The notes below the pieces were generated by a model. It worked only from the letters and a program-made list of their open reading frames with translations, did not search any database and had not been told where the DNA came from. From NCBI GenBank assembly GCA_964036045.1, contig OZ038378.1, positions 185,690,001-185,754,000 on the forward strand: a stretch of DNA of 64,000 nt, in the 5' to 3' direction. Position 1 is the first letter of the stretch. Each line of letters begins with the position of its first letter. A program made the translations under genes and the position numbers. Below, in pieces: positions 1 to 10,562 of the stretch. This stretch comes from Eutreptiella sp. 'Long Island Sound 2002' (taxonomy: Eukaryota; Protista; Euglenida).

Positions 1-983
1 TAATTCTCTGACAAATAGTTGGAAGTATTTTGAAGTATTTTGTGGTTGTATGCACCATTTCCATATGCTAAGTTGGCTCCCTGTGGCGGATATTCCCCTG
101 GAAGGAGCTCCTGGTGTTTGCGTGCCTTTTTTTCTGGGCCGACTGTCCAGCTTACATCCTTAGCAGGTACCGTATTTTCTCGGGGTATCTGGCCCTGGCT
201 TGATGGGGATACATGGTTGGAGTTCTGTGGCTTGTGCCAACAGAATCCCATATGCACATGCTCCGACTGTGGCTAGGCATTGTCATCATGTGGCGGGTCT
301 TCAGCCCCTCCCTGTTGGGGGAATGGGCAGAGCCAATGGGACTGCGCTGGCTGTGCGCCGAGCATCTTTTCCAGGCCCATATGTTATGTGAAACGCCATC
401 CTCAGAACTATCCAAGACTTCCCTGGCTTGGGGACCCCAATAGGGCAACGCTTGTGCCACCATGTGAATCCTCCTCCCTTTCAGGACCCACTGCGGCAAG
501 GGGTGATGCAGCCACTTTGATGAATCCCTGCAGTTGCACAAAAGTAGCGTCTGGGCAAACGCTACCACTAGAGCCCCAAGAAACTGGAGTAGAGGTTGAA
601 TTGACAGGGACCATCATTTCCACGGACAAATTTTCTGTGTCCGAAGAAAGGTTTTGTTGACCATGGCCTACCACACAAATGCCCATGATGCGCGTCCGTC
701 ACATTTTGCGAGAATGGCACAATGTATGGTTCTTCCCAGGGTATGTGCAAACAAGCCTGCCGCCCCGCTGACCCCCTTATCAAGATTTGGTATTGGGACC
801 GAGCTGTTGGGGAAGGTACTATTGCACATTTTAAAGAATGTTCAATATTGCACGCACCACAATGTGCATTTTGAACACTACACAGTGCGCCACTGTGCAT
901 TGCACACTGTACACTGTGCACACCGGCCTTCGTGCTGTGGGACCGGACCCCAGTGCAGTTGTCTGCCATGACCCTGTCCTCAG

Positions 984-1056
984 GTGCCCAAAGCACGCGA
1001 CCAGGTTGCTGCAGTCAGAAAGCAAATCGTGGAGGCCTCCTCAGTTCTACGGTCCG
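984..1056 (+). CDS. Putative exon 1 of cyclase-like gene (VPKARDQVAAVRKQIVEASSVLRS-G)
   Basis: Pyrimidine-rich cctcag acceptor and GT donor at 1057; the phase-1 end fits the next exon. Helical-looking peptide with no recognisable motif. Confidence 0.5.
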
Positions 1057-2354
1057 GTGTGATTTCCTGTGCAGAGGGGACAGAGTCGACAAGGATGAGG
1101 GGGTCTTGGGGGTCAGAAAGTAGAAAGTTGCCACAGGCTCCCCACAGGATTTGGTTTTTCGACCTGGTGCAGTGGAGACTCAGGTGCCCTTTCTTCTGTC
1201 GTCTTTTTTGTAAATGACCCTCATCCCATCCTCCCCCTTGCGGCTTGTGCACCGTCGGGGTTACTGCCGACCGCGGTCGGTTAGCCGCCAACCGCCGCCG
1301 GTGAACCGCCAACCGCCGTCAATTGGAAGCCGGTCTAGAGTCCACAATTCCACCACCCGAAGAGTTGCCCTGCCCTGCTCCACCCCCCCGCCCCCTCCTG
1401 TGTGCCCCCCAGGGCCTGTGTTACAATCCCCGCATTACTTGTGGTGGAGAGCACCCTCCGAATCTTCGCGGTCTGGTAATGACTGAAAGTGAAGGATTGC
1501 CTGGGCTGGCAGTGGAGTGGACGTCCCAGGGGCAGCAGCAGCACTCGTGAGCAGAGGGACACCTGCCCCACTCTCACCTACAACAGATACGCGTCTGGGG
1601 GCACACAATGTACGCAGTTTCTTCTCGAACCCTTGAACAAATGCGCACATGAGGAAATGTCAACCGGCGCATTTCCTTAGCCTTGATGCACCCCCCTCCC
1701 CCAGGCCACGGCATAGTGGCGACCGTGACCTATACCGGGGGGGGGGGGGGGTCAAAGGCCAAAAAAAAGTTTGTGTACCTAAAATGAACCTCCAACTTCA
1801 TTTTTCATTTTTTTTCCTGAGCAAAAATTTTTCTGATGTGGGTGGGTAGGTAGGTCAGGCGGAGGTGCCCAGGCTGCCATCGCCCCCCCCCCCCCCAGTA
1901 ACGGTAAGCCGTGGCCTGCCCCCCCCCCCCCCCTCCCCCTCCTCACACAAGGTCACTGAGGCAAGCGCGTGCGGTTACCCACACACTCTCCTCAGAAGAC
2001 GTGAGGTGCAAGCTCCAACATGCGCCTGCGAGTCCGCTGAGCACAGACACAAACCGAGACCCGGTGGACGGCCGACAGCGGAGACACTGCACCAAACCAA
2101 AGCAACGACCGTCCACAGTCCAGCGGCACGCCTCCACAAAACACACCCAAGTGTGTCAAACCGGAAGTACCAACCAGCAAATTCTGGAACACGCCTCTCC
2201 TGGCCCAGTTTTCTGGGTCATGGTGGGGAGGGGAGGGGCGGAGGCGGTGTGTAGAGTTGCTTCTGAGGGTCCCCTGAGATTGAGGGGGCCTGAGGGTCCA
2301 GCTCCCCGGATCCCCCGGCGCATCAACAGAACCCAAATGTCTCTGTTTGTCCAG

Positions 2355-2419
2355 GGCTTGCGTCCATCCACAAAGTGGTGACCGCTTGCGTTAAGGCAAA
2401 CACGATGATGGACAAGAAG
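2355..2419 (+). CDS. Putative exon 2 (LASIHKVVTACVKANTMMDKK)
   Basis: tttgtccag acceptor and AAG|GTGTG donor; phases 1 and 0 fit the neighbouring exons. Confidence 0.55.
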
Positions 2420-2818
2420 GTGTGCCCGGTTGGCGCGAAGCCGCTTGTGTGGCGTCGGGGCGGCAACGGAGTGTCTTGCCGCGTGCTCTCGTGCCGGGTG
2501 GCGAACAGCTCTCACGCTGTGCGTTTCAGACCAAGGACATGTACACCCGCGTCGCGACCAGTCAAGCCACGGCTGAAACGTATGGCCCTCCGTGTCCTTG
2601 GCATTGCGTGTGTCCTACCACCCGCCCCAGGTCGGTCCTTGCGGTCCGCTTTGCAGCCCTTTCTTGCGTGGTGCTGCGTGCACGCAACGACACACCACGT
2701 GCAAAGGGTGCAAACAGTGGCCGCAGATGTGTGCTCACATCGGTGTGCATTTTCGGTGTGCAGAGAGTGCGATGAACCGCCGGAGATGTATGGGGTGACC
2801 ACTGGCAGGCACGCATTA

Positions 2819-3233
2819 AACCCCCCTCCCCCTTTCATTATCACGCACCGAAATAATATCACGCATGCATGATATTGTTTTATACCTCCAAAATAATATC
2901 ACGCATGCAATTCTTGACATGAGAGGTAGCAACACAAAAGGCGGAAACCAGGATTTCTTGCAACACCATTGCGACTTGGTCCGGTTATTTGGAGAGAAAT
3001 GCAGACATTGACAATTGCCTTGAAACTGGTTTAGGGTTGGGCTTGGGCTTGGGTTTAGGAGCAGATGCATCTCCCCTTGGGGGTTCAGCACGCTGGGGAG
3101 TAGCAAACTGGAATGGGACACGCAACTTGAGCTTTGTTGGATCGATGTATCCTAAATCCTGAAACAGTGTTGGCACATCCAGGAGATTCACAGCATTCTG
3201 GTGGCCTGTGTAGCAAAATTCTACAAACAAATT

Positions 3234-3265
<32 letters not shown>

Positions 3266-3466
3266 CCTGTGAAGGGGGAGAAAGCAAAGGGGGGTGAGGG
3301 TGAGCGTGATAGCAAAGGACCTCAACCCCCCACCCCCCAGAGCAAGGGGTCACAGTTGCACGAAGCTTTTGCGCATCCCTGGGTGGCGGTCAAAATAATA
3401 TCACGCACCCCCTATTATCACGCACCGAAATATTATCACGCGCATGATAATGAAGGGGGGGGGGTT
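2819..3466. mobile_element. Non-autonomous DNA transposon (MITE-like) with TA flanks
   Basis: Inverted ends AACCCCCC..TTCATTATCA / TGATAATGAAGGGG..GGTT, repeated subterminal (A/T)ATCACGCA motifs at both ends, and TA on both sides (2817-18, 3467-68). Confidence 0.7.
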
Positions 3467-3732
3467 TAGAATGAAACTTTTTCAAGGAGGAGGTACCTCC
3501 CCTCCTCCGCTCTAATGCGTACCTGGGGAGGGGTACCTTCTTACGGGGGGGGGGTCAGATGCGCCGAGGAGTATGCCCCCCCCCCCTTCCCGTGAAGTTG
3601 GAGCCTGCCCAGAATTGCCCCCCTGTCGAGGCGACGAGTTGGGGCACAGGGGGCGTTGTGCCCAGTCCGTGCTGCTTGGGCTGCAGGCACAAGAGACTGG
3701 CAGCCGTGCGGATGATCCGTGTGGCATTTCAG

Positions 3733-3780
3733 AAGATCGCTACACGAGAGGCACGCGAGCACAATTTTCCCGTGGGGCAC
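3733..3780 (+). CDS. Exon 3 (KIATREAREHNFPVGH), leading into the cyclase domain
   Basis: atttcag acceptor and CAC|GTATG donor. P-x-G-x precedes the first beta strand, as in class III cyclases. Confidence 0.75.
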
Positions 3781-4114
3781 GTATGCACCGTTCCCGCTGC
3801 CGTGTTTCTCTTGAAGGCTGTGGGGTTGGGTCGACTGGGTGGGGTATAGAGAGCGTAAGAGGAGGCGTTGGTGGTTGACACGGAAGCGAAGCATCGATGC
3901 AGCAACGTGTGTTGCAATGAACAACGGTGCAGTGGTATGCTCCCACAGGTGCAAGGGCTGACCGCTGGTTCTGATAGTGGGTGTGCCCTATCCATTTGTA
4001 TGTTACCTGCCCAGCCAGGGCGAAGGAACACGAACAATTGTTTGCTGTCTCTGGTGCCATTAATAAATGTTTCCGTGTTCCCTTTGGCACTGCATGCAAA
4101 CGTATCTTCATCAG

Positions 4115-4205
4115 GTGTGTTTCGTCGCGTCCATAGTTGCAGGCATGCGGCATTTGAGGGAATCCGATGCAGAACTGTGTGCTGAAGTCACACAGATGCT
4201 TGAAG
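4115..4205 (+). CDS. Exon 4, cyclase N-terminal part (VCFVASIVAGMRHLRESDAELCAEVTQMLE)
   Basis: ttcatcag acceptor and AAG|GTGTA donor. Aligns by eye to VxxVFTDIxxSTxLWExxPxxMxxA, but without the Asp. Confidence 0.8.
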
Positions 4206-4808
4206 GTGTACATTGGTGCCATTGCTGTTGTTATTGCTCTTGCTGCGCTGTTTTGTGGTGATGGTGGAAATGGAAGTAGTTGCTGTGATTGCTGGTGTGT
4301 GTGATGGTTGGTGTTTACAGTGGGAGTGGTGGGTGTGTGTTGCACGTCAATTAATTTTTTGTTGTCGTAATGTGAGAACAGAAACTGCTACGGTGAGTGC
4401 CTGAAATTTTGTAATTCGAGTAATTTTTTTTGTTCTACTGGGAATTTTTTTTTACATGATACTGCAAGTAATTTTTTATGGTGTATTACGAGTGATTTTA
4501 AAGAAGGCTGCTGGCATTGCAACACATAAAGAAATCTCTAGCACAACTGAAATGATAATTGTGGAAGGAGAGTCCCACCTGGCACCCCACAGTGACCTAG
4601 ACTATGGACGCTGTGTCCACAAAGTACAATGTCCTCTGTATGGCAACCAATTGAAGGGATTCAGCCAAGTAAATGGAGCTGTGGAAGATGAAAGCAACAA
4701 GTTGAGAGGGTCTGCACACCACTCTTTTTTTTGGCACGGTCGAGGTGGTCACCAAAAGATGTCACAGAGTTGAAAATATCCGAGAATAAGTACATTATGG
4801 AGGTTTAT

Positions 4809-5037
4809 GGGAATGCTCACCCTGCGCCGCGCAATTTGGATAATTAGCATGGAATGGGGAGTGGTTATTGCAACATGTTTATCCATTTTGAGTATTGTGC
4901 CTCGCCATTGTGCCTGTTTGACCTACTTCCTTCATCCAAAATTGAGGAAAATTAATGCGGTGCTAACTACCCCACAGCTAATTCCCCTTACCTTGCGGTG
5001 ATTGCGGCGTGCCTGCGGTGCGCAGGAAGCATTCCCC
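4809..5037. mobile_element. Minimal derivative of the GGGAATGCT-TIR Harbinger/ISL2EU-like family
   Basis: Ends GGGAATGCT and AGCATTCCCC, flanked by AT on both sides. Shares GCTAATT(A/C)CCCTTAC..TGCGG with the right ends of the 38950, 47102 and 51048 copies. Confidence 0.65.
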
Positions 5038-5539
5038 ATGCACCTCAGCCCCTTTGGCACCCAAAAAGAAGTGGTTGCCTTGAGATGGTGTGACATAAAA
5101 AAAAGCTGGGAATGAGGGAAGACTTATGGACCCCACCCTTTGTTGGCCAAGAAGAATTTGCGTGGTGTCATGGTGTTGAAATAGGTGAGAGAAGATGCGT
5201 TATGGACCCCCCACGCTCTTGGCACTACAGAAAAGGCTGTCACCAGAAGACAATGTGGAATTGAAGAAGGCCGGGAACGAGGGGCCGGACAAGAATTTAT
5301 GCACCCCCCCCCCCCCCCAACTTTTTGGCACCCAAGAAGAGTGGTTGCCCAAAGACGTCATGCAGTTGAAAATAGAACTATTCCTCGACCCCCTCCGAAC
5401 CGTCAACCCACTCCACTTGCATGGCGCTATCAGCATTGAGAATGCTCAATGCATCTTTCACAAAAGCATCCAGATTGGGGTGAGGCAAATGTTTTCAAAA
5501 GAAACCCAATGTCCCACTACCTTTCTTGAGATGTTTGGG

Positions 5540-5790
5540 TGTATTTTGTAATTCGTGTAATTTTTTTGTGTGGTATTTGCGAGTAAACTGTACGTGCGTT
5601 TATTGCAAAAACAAATTACACGACGTGACGATTTTTTTTGTTTTTGTGTTTCCTGCGAAAAACAAAATTACACGACATGACAAATTTTTGCACTCGTGTT
5701 TGCCACAAAAAAATTACACGTGTTGACAATTTTTTTGAACTGGCATTTACCGCAAAAAAATTGCACGATTTTACCGCAAAGAACAAAAAT
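5540..5790. repeat. Cluster of AAAATTACACG-type short repeats (transposon subterminal-like)
   Basis: Repeated AAATTACACG / TTTACCGCAAAAAA motifs; similar clusters at 4405-4500 and 25400-25680. Confidence 0.5.
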
Positions 5791-6235
5791 TACACGCTTG
5801 GGTTGTGCAGCCAATCTGCCCACATGTGGTCCACTGCTGATTTTGTCCCCCGTTCTGAAGCGTCCGGGCCGCCAACCCCATTGGCAACCTTCTCCAACCG
5901 TATCTAACCGCTCTTGGGGCCGCCTTGGAGGTCCCTTCCCTTCTAATGCATCCCTGCAGACGGCGGGGGTTATGTAACCAATCTGCCCACATATGGGCCC
6001 CCCACAATTGGGCAGATTGGCTATATAGCCCCTACCGTCTAGGGGATCCCCAACGCTTCAGAGCGAGAGACAAAGTTAGCAGTGGCCCACAAGTGGGCAG
6101 ATTGGTTACATAACCCTTGCCATTGGGGGGGTCCCGAACGCTTCAAAGTGGGGGGACAAAATCAACAGTGGCCACTTCTGATTTTGTTCCCCGCTCTGAA
6201 GCATTGGGGACGCCCCTTTCTAGTTGGGGATATGG
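5790..6235. repeat. Palindromic-rich repeat related to the 39185 minisatellite
   Basis: GGGGTTATGTAACC, CCACTTCTGATTTTGT(C/T)CCC and AATCTGCCCAC/GTGGGCAGATT motifs in both orientations. Confidence 0.6.
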
Positions 6236-6939
6236 ACTAGCCCCTTTCCGGTTGGGCATATGGACCAGTGCCTTTCTAGTTGGGGATTTGGACTGGCCCA
6301 TCGAGTTGGGATGATGGACTCCCACACTTCGGCGTGGCCGGAAATAACTCCCGCTAGTCCCTACAGGGAAATAACTATGGGGCATGGGCGGGGCCTAGGG
6401 GGTGGTTCCCTCGGCGCTCATTTTGTGGCCTTGTACTTCGGGCTGCTATGCTTATTAGACTTTCCGGGGGTTTTCAATTTTCAATGGTGTGTTGTGTGTT
6501 ACATTTTTCCTTTGCTTATGTGCATGTGCATGTGCATGTGCATGCGCACAATCGGGTGCCCGGCTGTAGTTCCACCACAAAGCCCCCTCATGTATGTGCA
6601 CTTTTTGATTTGTTTCTATTTTTTTTTCACCTATGTTTGCCCCTAAGACCTACGCTACATGCAATTTTGTTGCATTTGTTGTGAGCCGAGGATAACCCAA
6701 GGAATGCTGTTTTGGTTCTGGGCATGTACGTGTTGTATGTATGTACCTTCGGAAGCACAACCGAGCAACCCCATGTGCATGCATGTTGGTGGTGGGTGGC
6801 TCTAACCCTCTGCTCCCCCCCCCCCCCCCCCAAGGATATACCCCATGGTGTGGGGTATGGGGAGCAATGTTTGCGCGAGACAAAATTTTGGGTCCGAGTG
6901 TGAGGCCGCACCACAACACGACATACGATTTTTTTTGGC

Positions 6940-7075
6940 CGAGCTGTGCGTTACTTCTATCGAGAGAATGTCGAGGTGGATGCAAATTTTTGAGTCCGGC
7001 TTCACACTAGATAACATGGCTTGGTGCCATTGCCACACTTTTGTGGTCAATAGCGATGACAAAGACCAACAACAC
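6940..7075 (+). pseudogene. Possible Ulp1/C48 protease relic
   Basis: HTFVVNSDDKDQQH resembles HIFIVNSDEREGLH of the 26 kb relic; short. Confidence 0.3.
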
Positions 7076-7628
7076 AAACCAATGCCTTCGATTGTCGTGT
7101 CCAGTTAGAGTGTTTCATTATTTGGGTTTGGGAACCCTTGAGCTCCATTTCTTTGATCCGCCCTTTCTTGGTGGCGCTCAAGAATCACGGCTTTACCACC
7201 AAGCACCGGGCCTTGGGGTTCTGAAAGGACGGTTGGTCTTGTGGTTTTCAAAGCCTATTGTTTTGTATTTGCATTCTATTTACCTTGAGTCGTGGGGTGT
7301 AGTGAGTGTGGTGGTTACAATGGTTGTGGTGGTTCTGGTGCTTGTGGCAGCTGTCTCTACGGATCACTGCATTGTGAAACAAGTGCTACAATCACTGTGC
7401 ACATTTGAATTGAGGAAACAAAAGCACCATCCCTGTTTTCTTGTTGTGTTGTTTGTTTGGCCTCCACTGGGGAAACATTTGTCATCCGTAGAGCCTCAAC
7501 CAATGTTGGTTAGCAGATCACCCGATCGGTGGTTGTTCTACTGGGGTGTAGGCATATTCTGACGATATTTTTCACATTAAGTACAGCATTGCAACGCTTT
7601 GAAGTGCATGTTGCGTTCGTCTTCCCAG

Positions 7629-7713
7629 TCCTCACGAGACGCGCCCTGCGGGAAAACAGCGGCTTTGAGGTGTACAATGACGGCCTCGGTGGCTTCTTAT
7701 TAGCATTCCACAG
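7629..7713 (+). CDS. Exon 5, cyclase (LTRRALRENSGFEVYNDGLGGFLLAFH-R)
   Basis: cttcccag acceptor and CAG|GTAAA donor. Matches RxxLxxxxGYEVKxxGDxFxxAF. Confidence 0.88.
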
Positions 7714-9270
7714 GTAAACTGACGGCATGGCACTGCTGTTGTGGTTGCGGGGGTTGCGGCCATCTCCTTGTCTGAAACGTCTGCGGAGGGGAGACATGAC
7801 AGCTTAGGTGCTACATTAGGGCTGTGGCGTGGCACCAGCTCTGGCCTTGGGGGGGGGGGCGTGCTTGTTTCCGGCCCCCCAAAAAAGAAGAAATATAATG
7901 ACTCCTCTGGATTCTGGGTGCACTCAGCCCAAACTCACCCATTTCTAGACCACTGGCCCCTCCTGGATTCCATGGAGAAAAACACAACGCAAGTGGAAAG
8001 CCATGAGACATCCATTGAATCGTTGGCAGAGATGCTGCTCACCTCTGTGGGCTGAAAAAGGACATCTGTCTTGATGCTTGCTTGGCCTTGGGCCTGGGAG
8101 GACCAGCAGGCCTGACTACAGCAGTCAGGTCTTTCTTCGGCTGCCACATGGTCCAGCACTTGCTCATCAGACAGAGTGGCAGGATCACGTTGAGGGCCAG
8201 TTCCTTCATCTTCACTACTGAGAATTCCCGGTCCCTCACGGCAGTCACCACGCCACAACGTCACCACGAATCCCTTCCACATTACAGCACAACACACTCA
8301 TCTCAGACCCCGAGATGCTGCTCCCAGCAAGAAGGGAATCCACCTGGCGATCTATTACTCTGAGTCGGCACAATGGGAATGCGCCACTGGAAAAGGACAC
8401 ACATGGCATTTGTGACCCGTGTGCGAACCCCCACGGGGAGGTTTCGTGCCCCAGGTAGCCAGGCTTGAGCCTGACATGATCACGGCTGCCAAAGGCGCCG
8501 GTCGGAAAAATTCTGTTGATGACGGACTCCTCCCCCCCCCCCCCCCCCTGCCCCTTCAAAAAAAAGGCAACCCGGTATTTTGGTTTTTGATATTTTTTTT
8601 ACACCAGCACACGCACCTCAAAAACGATCAGTGCAACTTGCGATCATGAGGTACATGTGTTGTGCTCCCTCCCCCCACCCCCCACCCCCACCCTCCTGTT
8701 TATTGGAGAGTGGTTAAGAGTCTTATGGCCGAGTGCTCGACGACATCATCAGCACCTCCATTTTCATGCGTCTCCCGACACATTTCATGTGCCCATGCCC
8801 CTGTGGAACCCTCCGGTCTGAATGAGAAGCCTCACAGCACTCATAAAACATCGGTCAACCGCAATCCTTCCTGCCCAAACCTGAGGCGGTCCGAACCAAA
8901 AGGCACAAGAAAGGAACGTGGCATAGATACAGCTGGAGCTCTTGAAGCAAATGCATGCAAGTGACCCCTCTGTTCAACGGCTCATCAGATTGCCTCAGGT
9001 CGCCAACTACTGGGGCCAGGGGGCGGGGGAGGGGTTCTGGAAGGGCTCATTGGTGACTGTGCACTACCAGTGTCCAGTGCATATAATTTGTGGGACCTGC
9101 TTTTGTCGAATGAGGTCGTTTGTGGGGAAAGGTGTGCTCTTGGGTGGGGTGAGGTGGGGCGCAGTATTGTAGGTTGGAGTGGAATGTTTGTCCCGCCGCC
9201 TGCAGCGTGCTGCCCCCCCCCCCCCCCCCTGGGCGTCTGCTCCCCTGCCGCGTTGCTTACACATGTTCAG

Positions 9271-9349
9271 GGGCGAGGATGGGATTCAGTGGTGCATGGA
9301 CATGAACAAATATGTGCACAACGCCTTCTGGCCTAAACAAGTCTTGGAG
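9271..9349 (+). CDS. Exon 6, cyclase (GEDGIQWCMDMNKYVHNAFWPKQVLE)
   Basis: gttcag acceptor and GAG|GTGCT donor. Matches DAxxWCxxxQxxLxxxxWPxxLL. Confidence 0.88.
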
Positions 9350-9600
9350 GTGCTGCCCTCCCCCCCCTCCTCCTCTGCGCACGGTCAGGGTGTGGCGTGG
9401 GCCAGGGGCCCATAGGGAGAAGACGAAGAGGAGAACAGCCGCCATGATGCTGAACCGGACTGGGCCCGCGGTCAGGGTCCCCCCCATCAATCGACGGATC
9501 AGATTGGTGGGGGCCGGCAGGCACCATGGGGATGGTGCGCGGGTGCGCCCTACCCGGGGACCGCATCTCCTCCCCCTCCTCTCTGTGTGTATGTGTGTCT

Positions 9601-9637
<37 letters not shown>

Positions 9638-10562
9638 GTGTGTGTGTGTGTGCGTGTGTGATGGTGCATTCTGTTTCTTGCATTTCTGGTTTCTTGCTGT
9701 CCTTCTTCCCCCTGTTGAACTGACGATCCCACAAACCTCGGAGGGCGGTGAAAGTAGTGCAGGGACATGGAGGTGAGGGCTCCGAAACATTCCCACAGCC
9801 CAGTACTGAACCTACTTATCGTCTGTGTCTGTCCTTTGCAGGCCCTTGGCTTAGCGCTCTGCGCGGCTGCCGAGGTGCAGGATGTGCCTCCTCCTCTCGC
9901 CCTGTACTGCAGAAAAGCGCTTACTGGCGTTGAACATGCTTTGTCTTGTTTGATGACCAGCTGAGGAGGAATTGACATCCGGACTTGGCGTTGTGCTCGT
10001 CTGTTTGTTGACAATCGTGTGTGTGTGTGTGCGTGTTCTGTTCTGACCAATGAATGTTTGTGTGTGTGTTTGTGTGTGGCTGGGTGGGAGCGCCCAGCAC
10101 AGATTGCAACTTACATAGATGGCTTTGGTATGAACAATCACAAACTCCTCTAGGAATGCATCCAGGTCTGGTAACGGGCTGCGCCTGCCTTATGATTGCC
10201 ATGCTTTGTGCACTCTTTGGCAGACCGAAAGACATGTAGGGCTGCTCTGCAGCTCCTGAGGAGTTTTCTCCAACCCCTTTTCTTGCTTTGTTCTTGTTTC
10301 GCGGTTCTCAACGTGTGCGTGCGTGCGCGCGTGTTTGTGTGTCTCTCTGTGTGTGTATCTGTGTGTTTGTGTGGTGCGTGGCAGGAAGTGCGAGGGGCGT
10401 GCTCTATGCCCTGATGCGTGACGGTGTCAAGGGGTATGATGTACAGCCAACATATTCGGATAGATATGATGTGATATGATATTCGGATAGAGGAAAGGTT
10501 GCACCATCGGGCACTGCCAAAGTACCACTGCTCCTTGTGCTGATGTAGACACTGGTAACGCG

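Noticed and set aside
9844-9874. Extra exon ALGLALCAAAE, and exon-like pieces at about 11010-11062 and 16860-16968
   Set aside because: Exons 6, 7 and 8 already join into an uninterrupted cyclase alignment, so these are not needed. Alternative splicing is not excluded.
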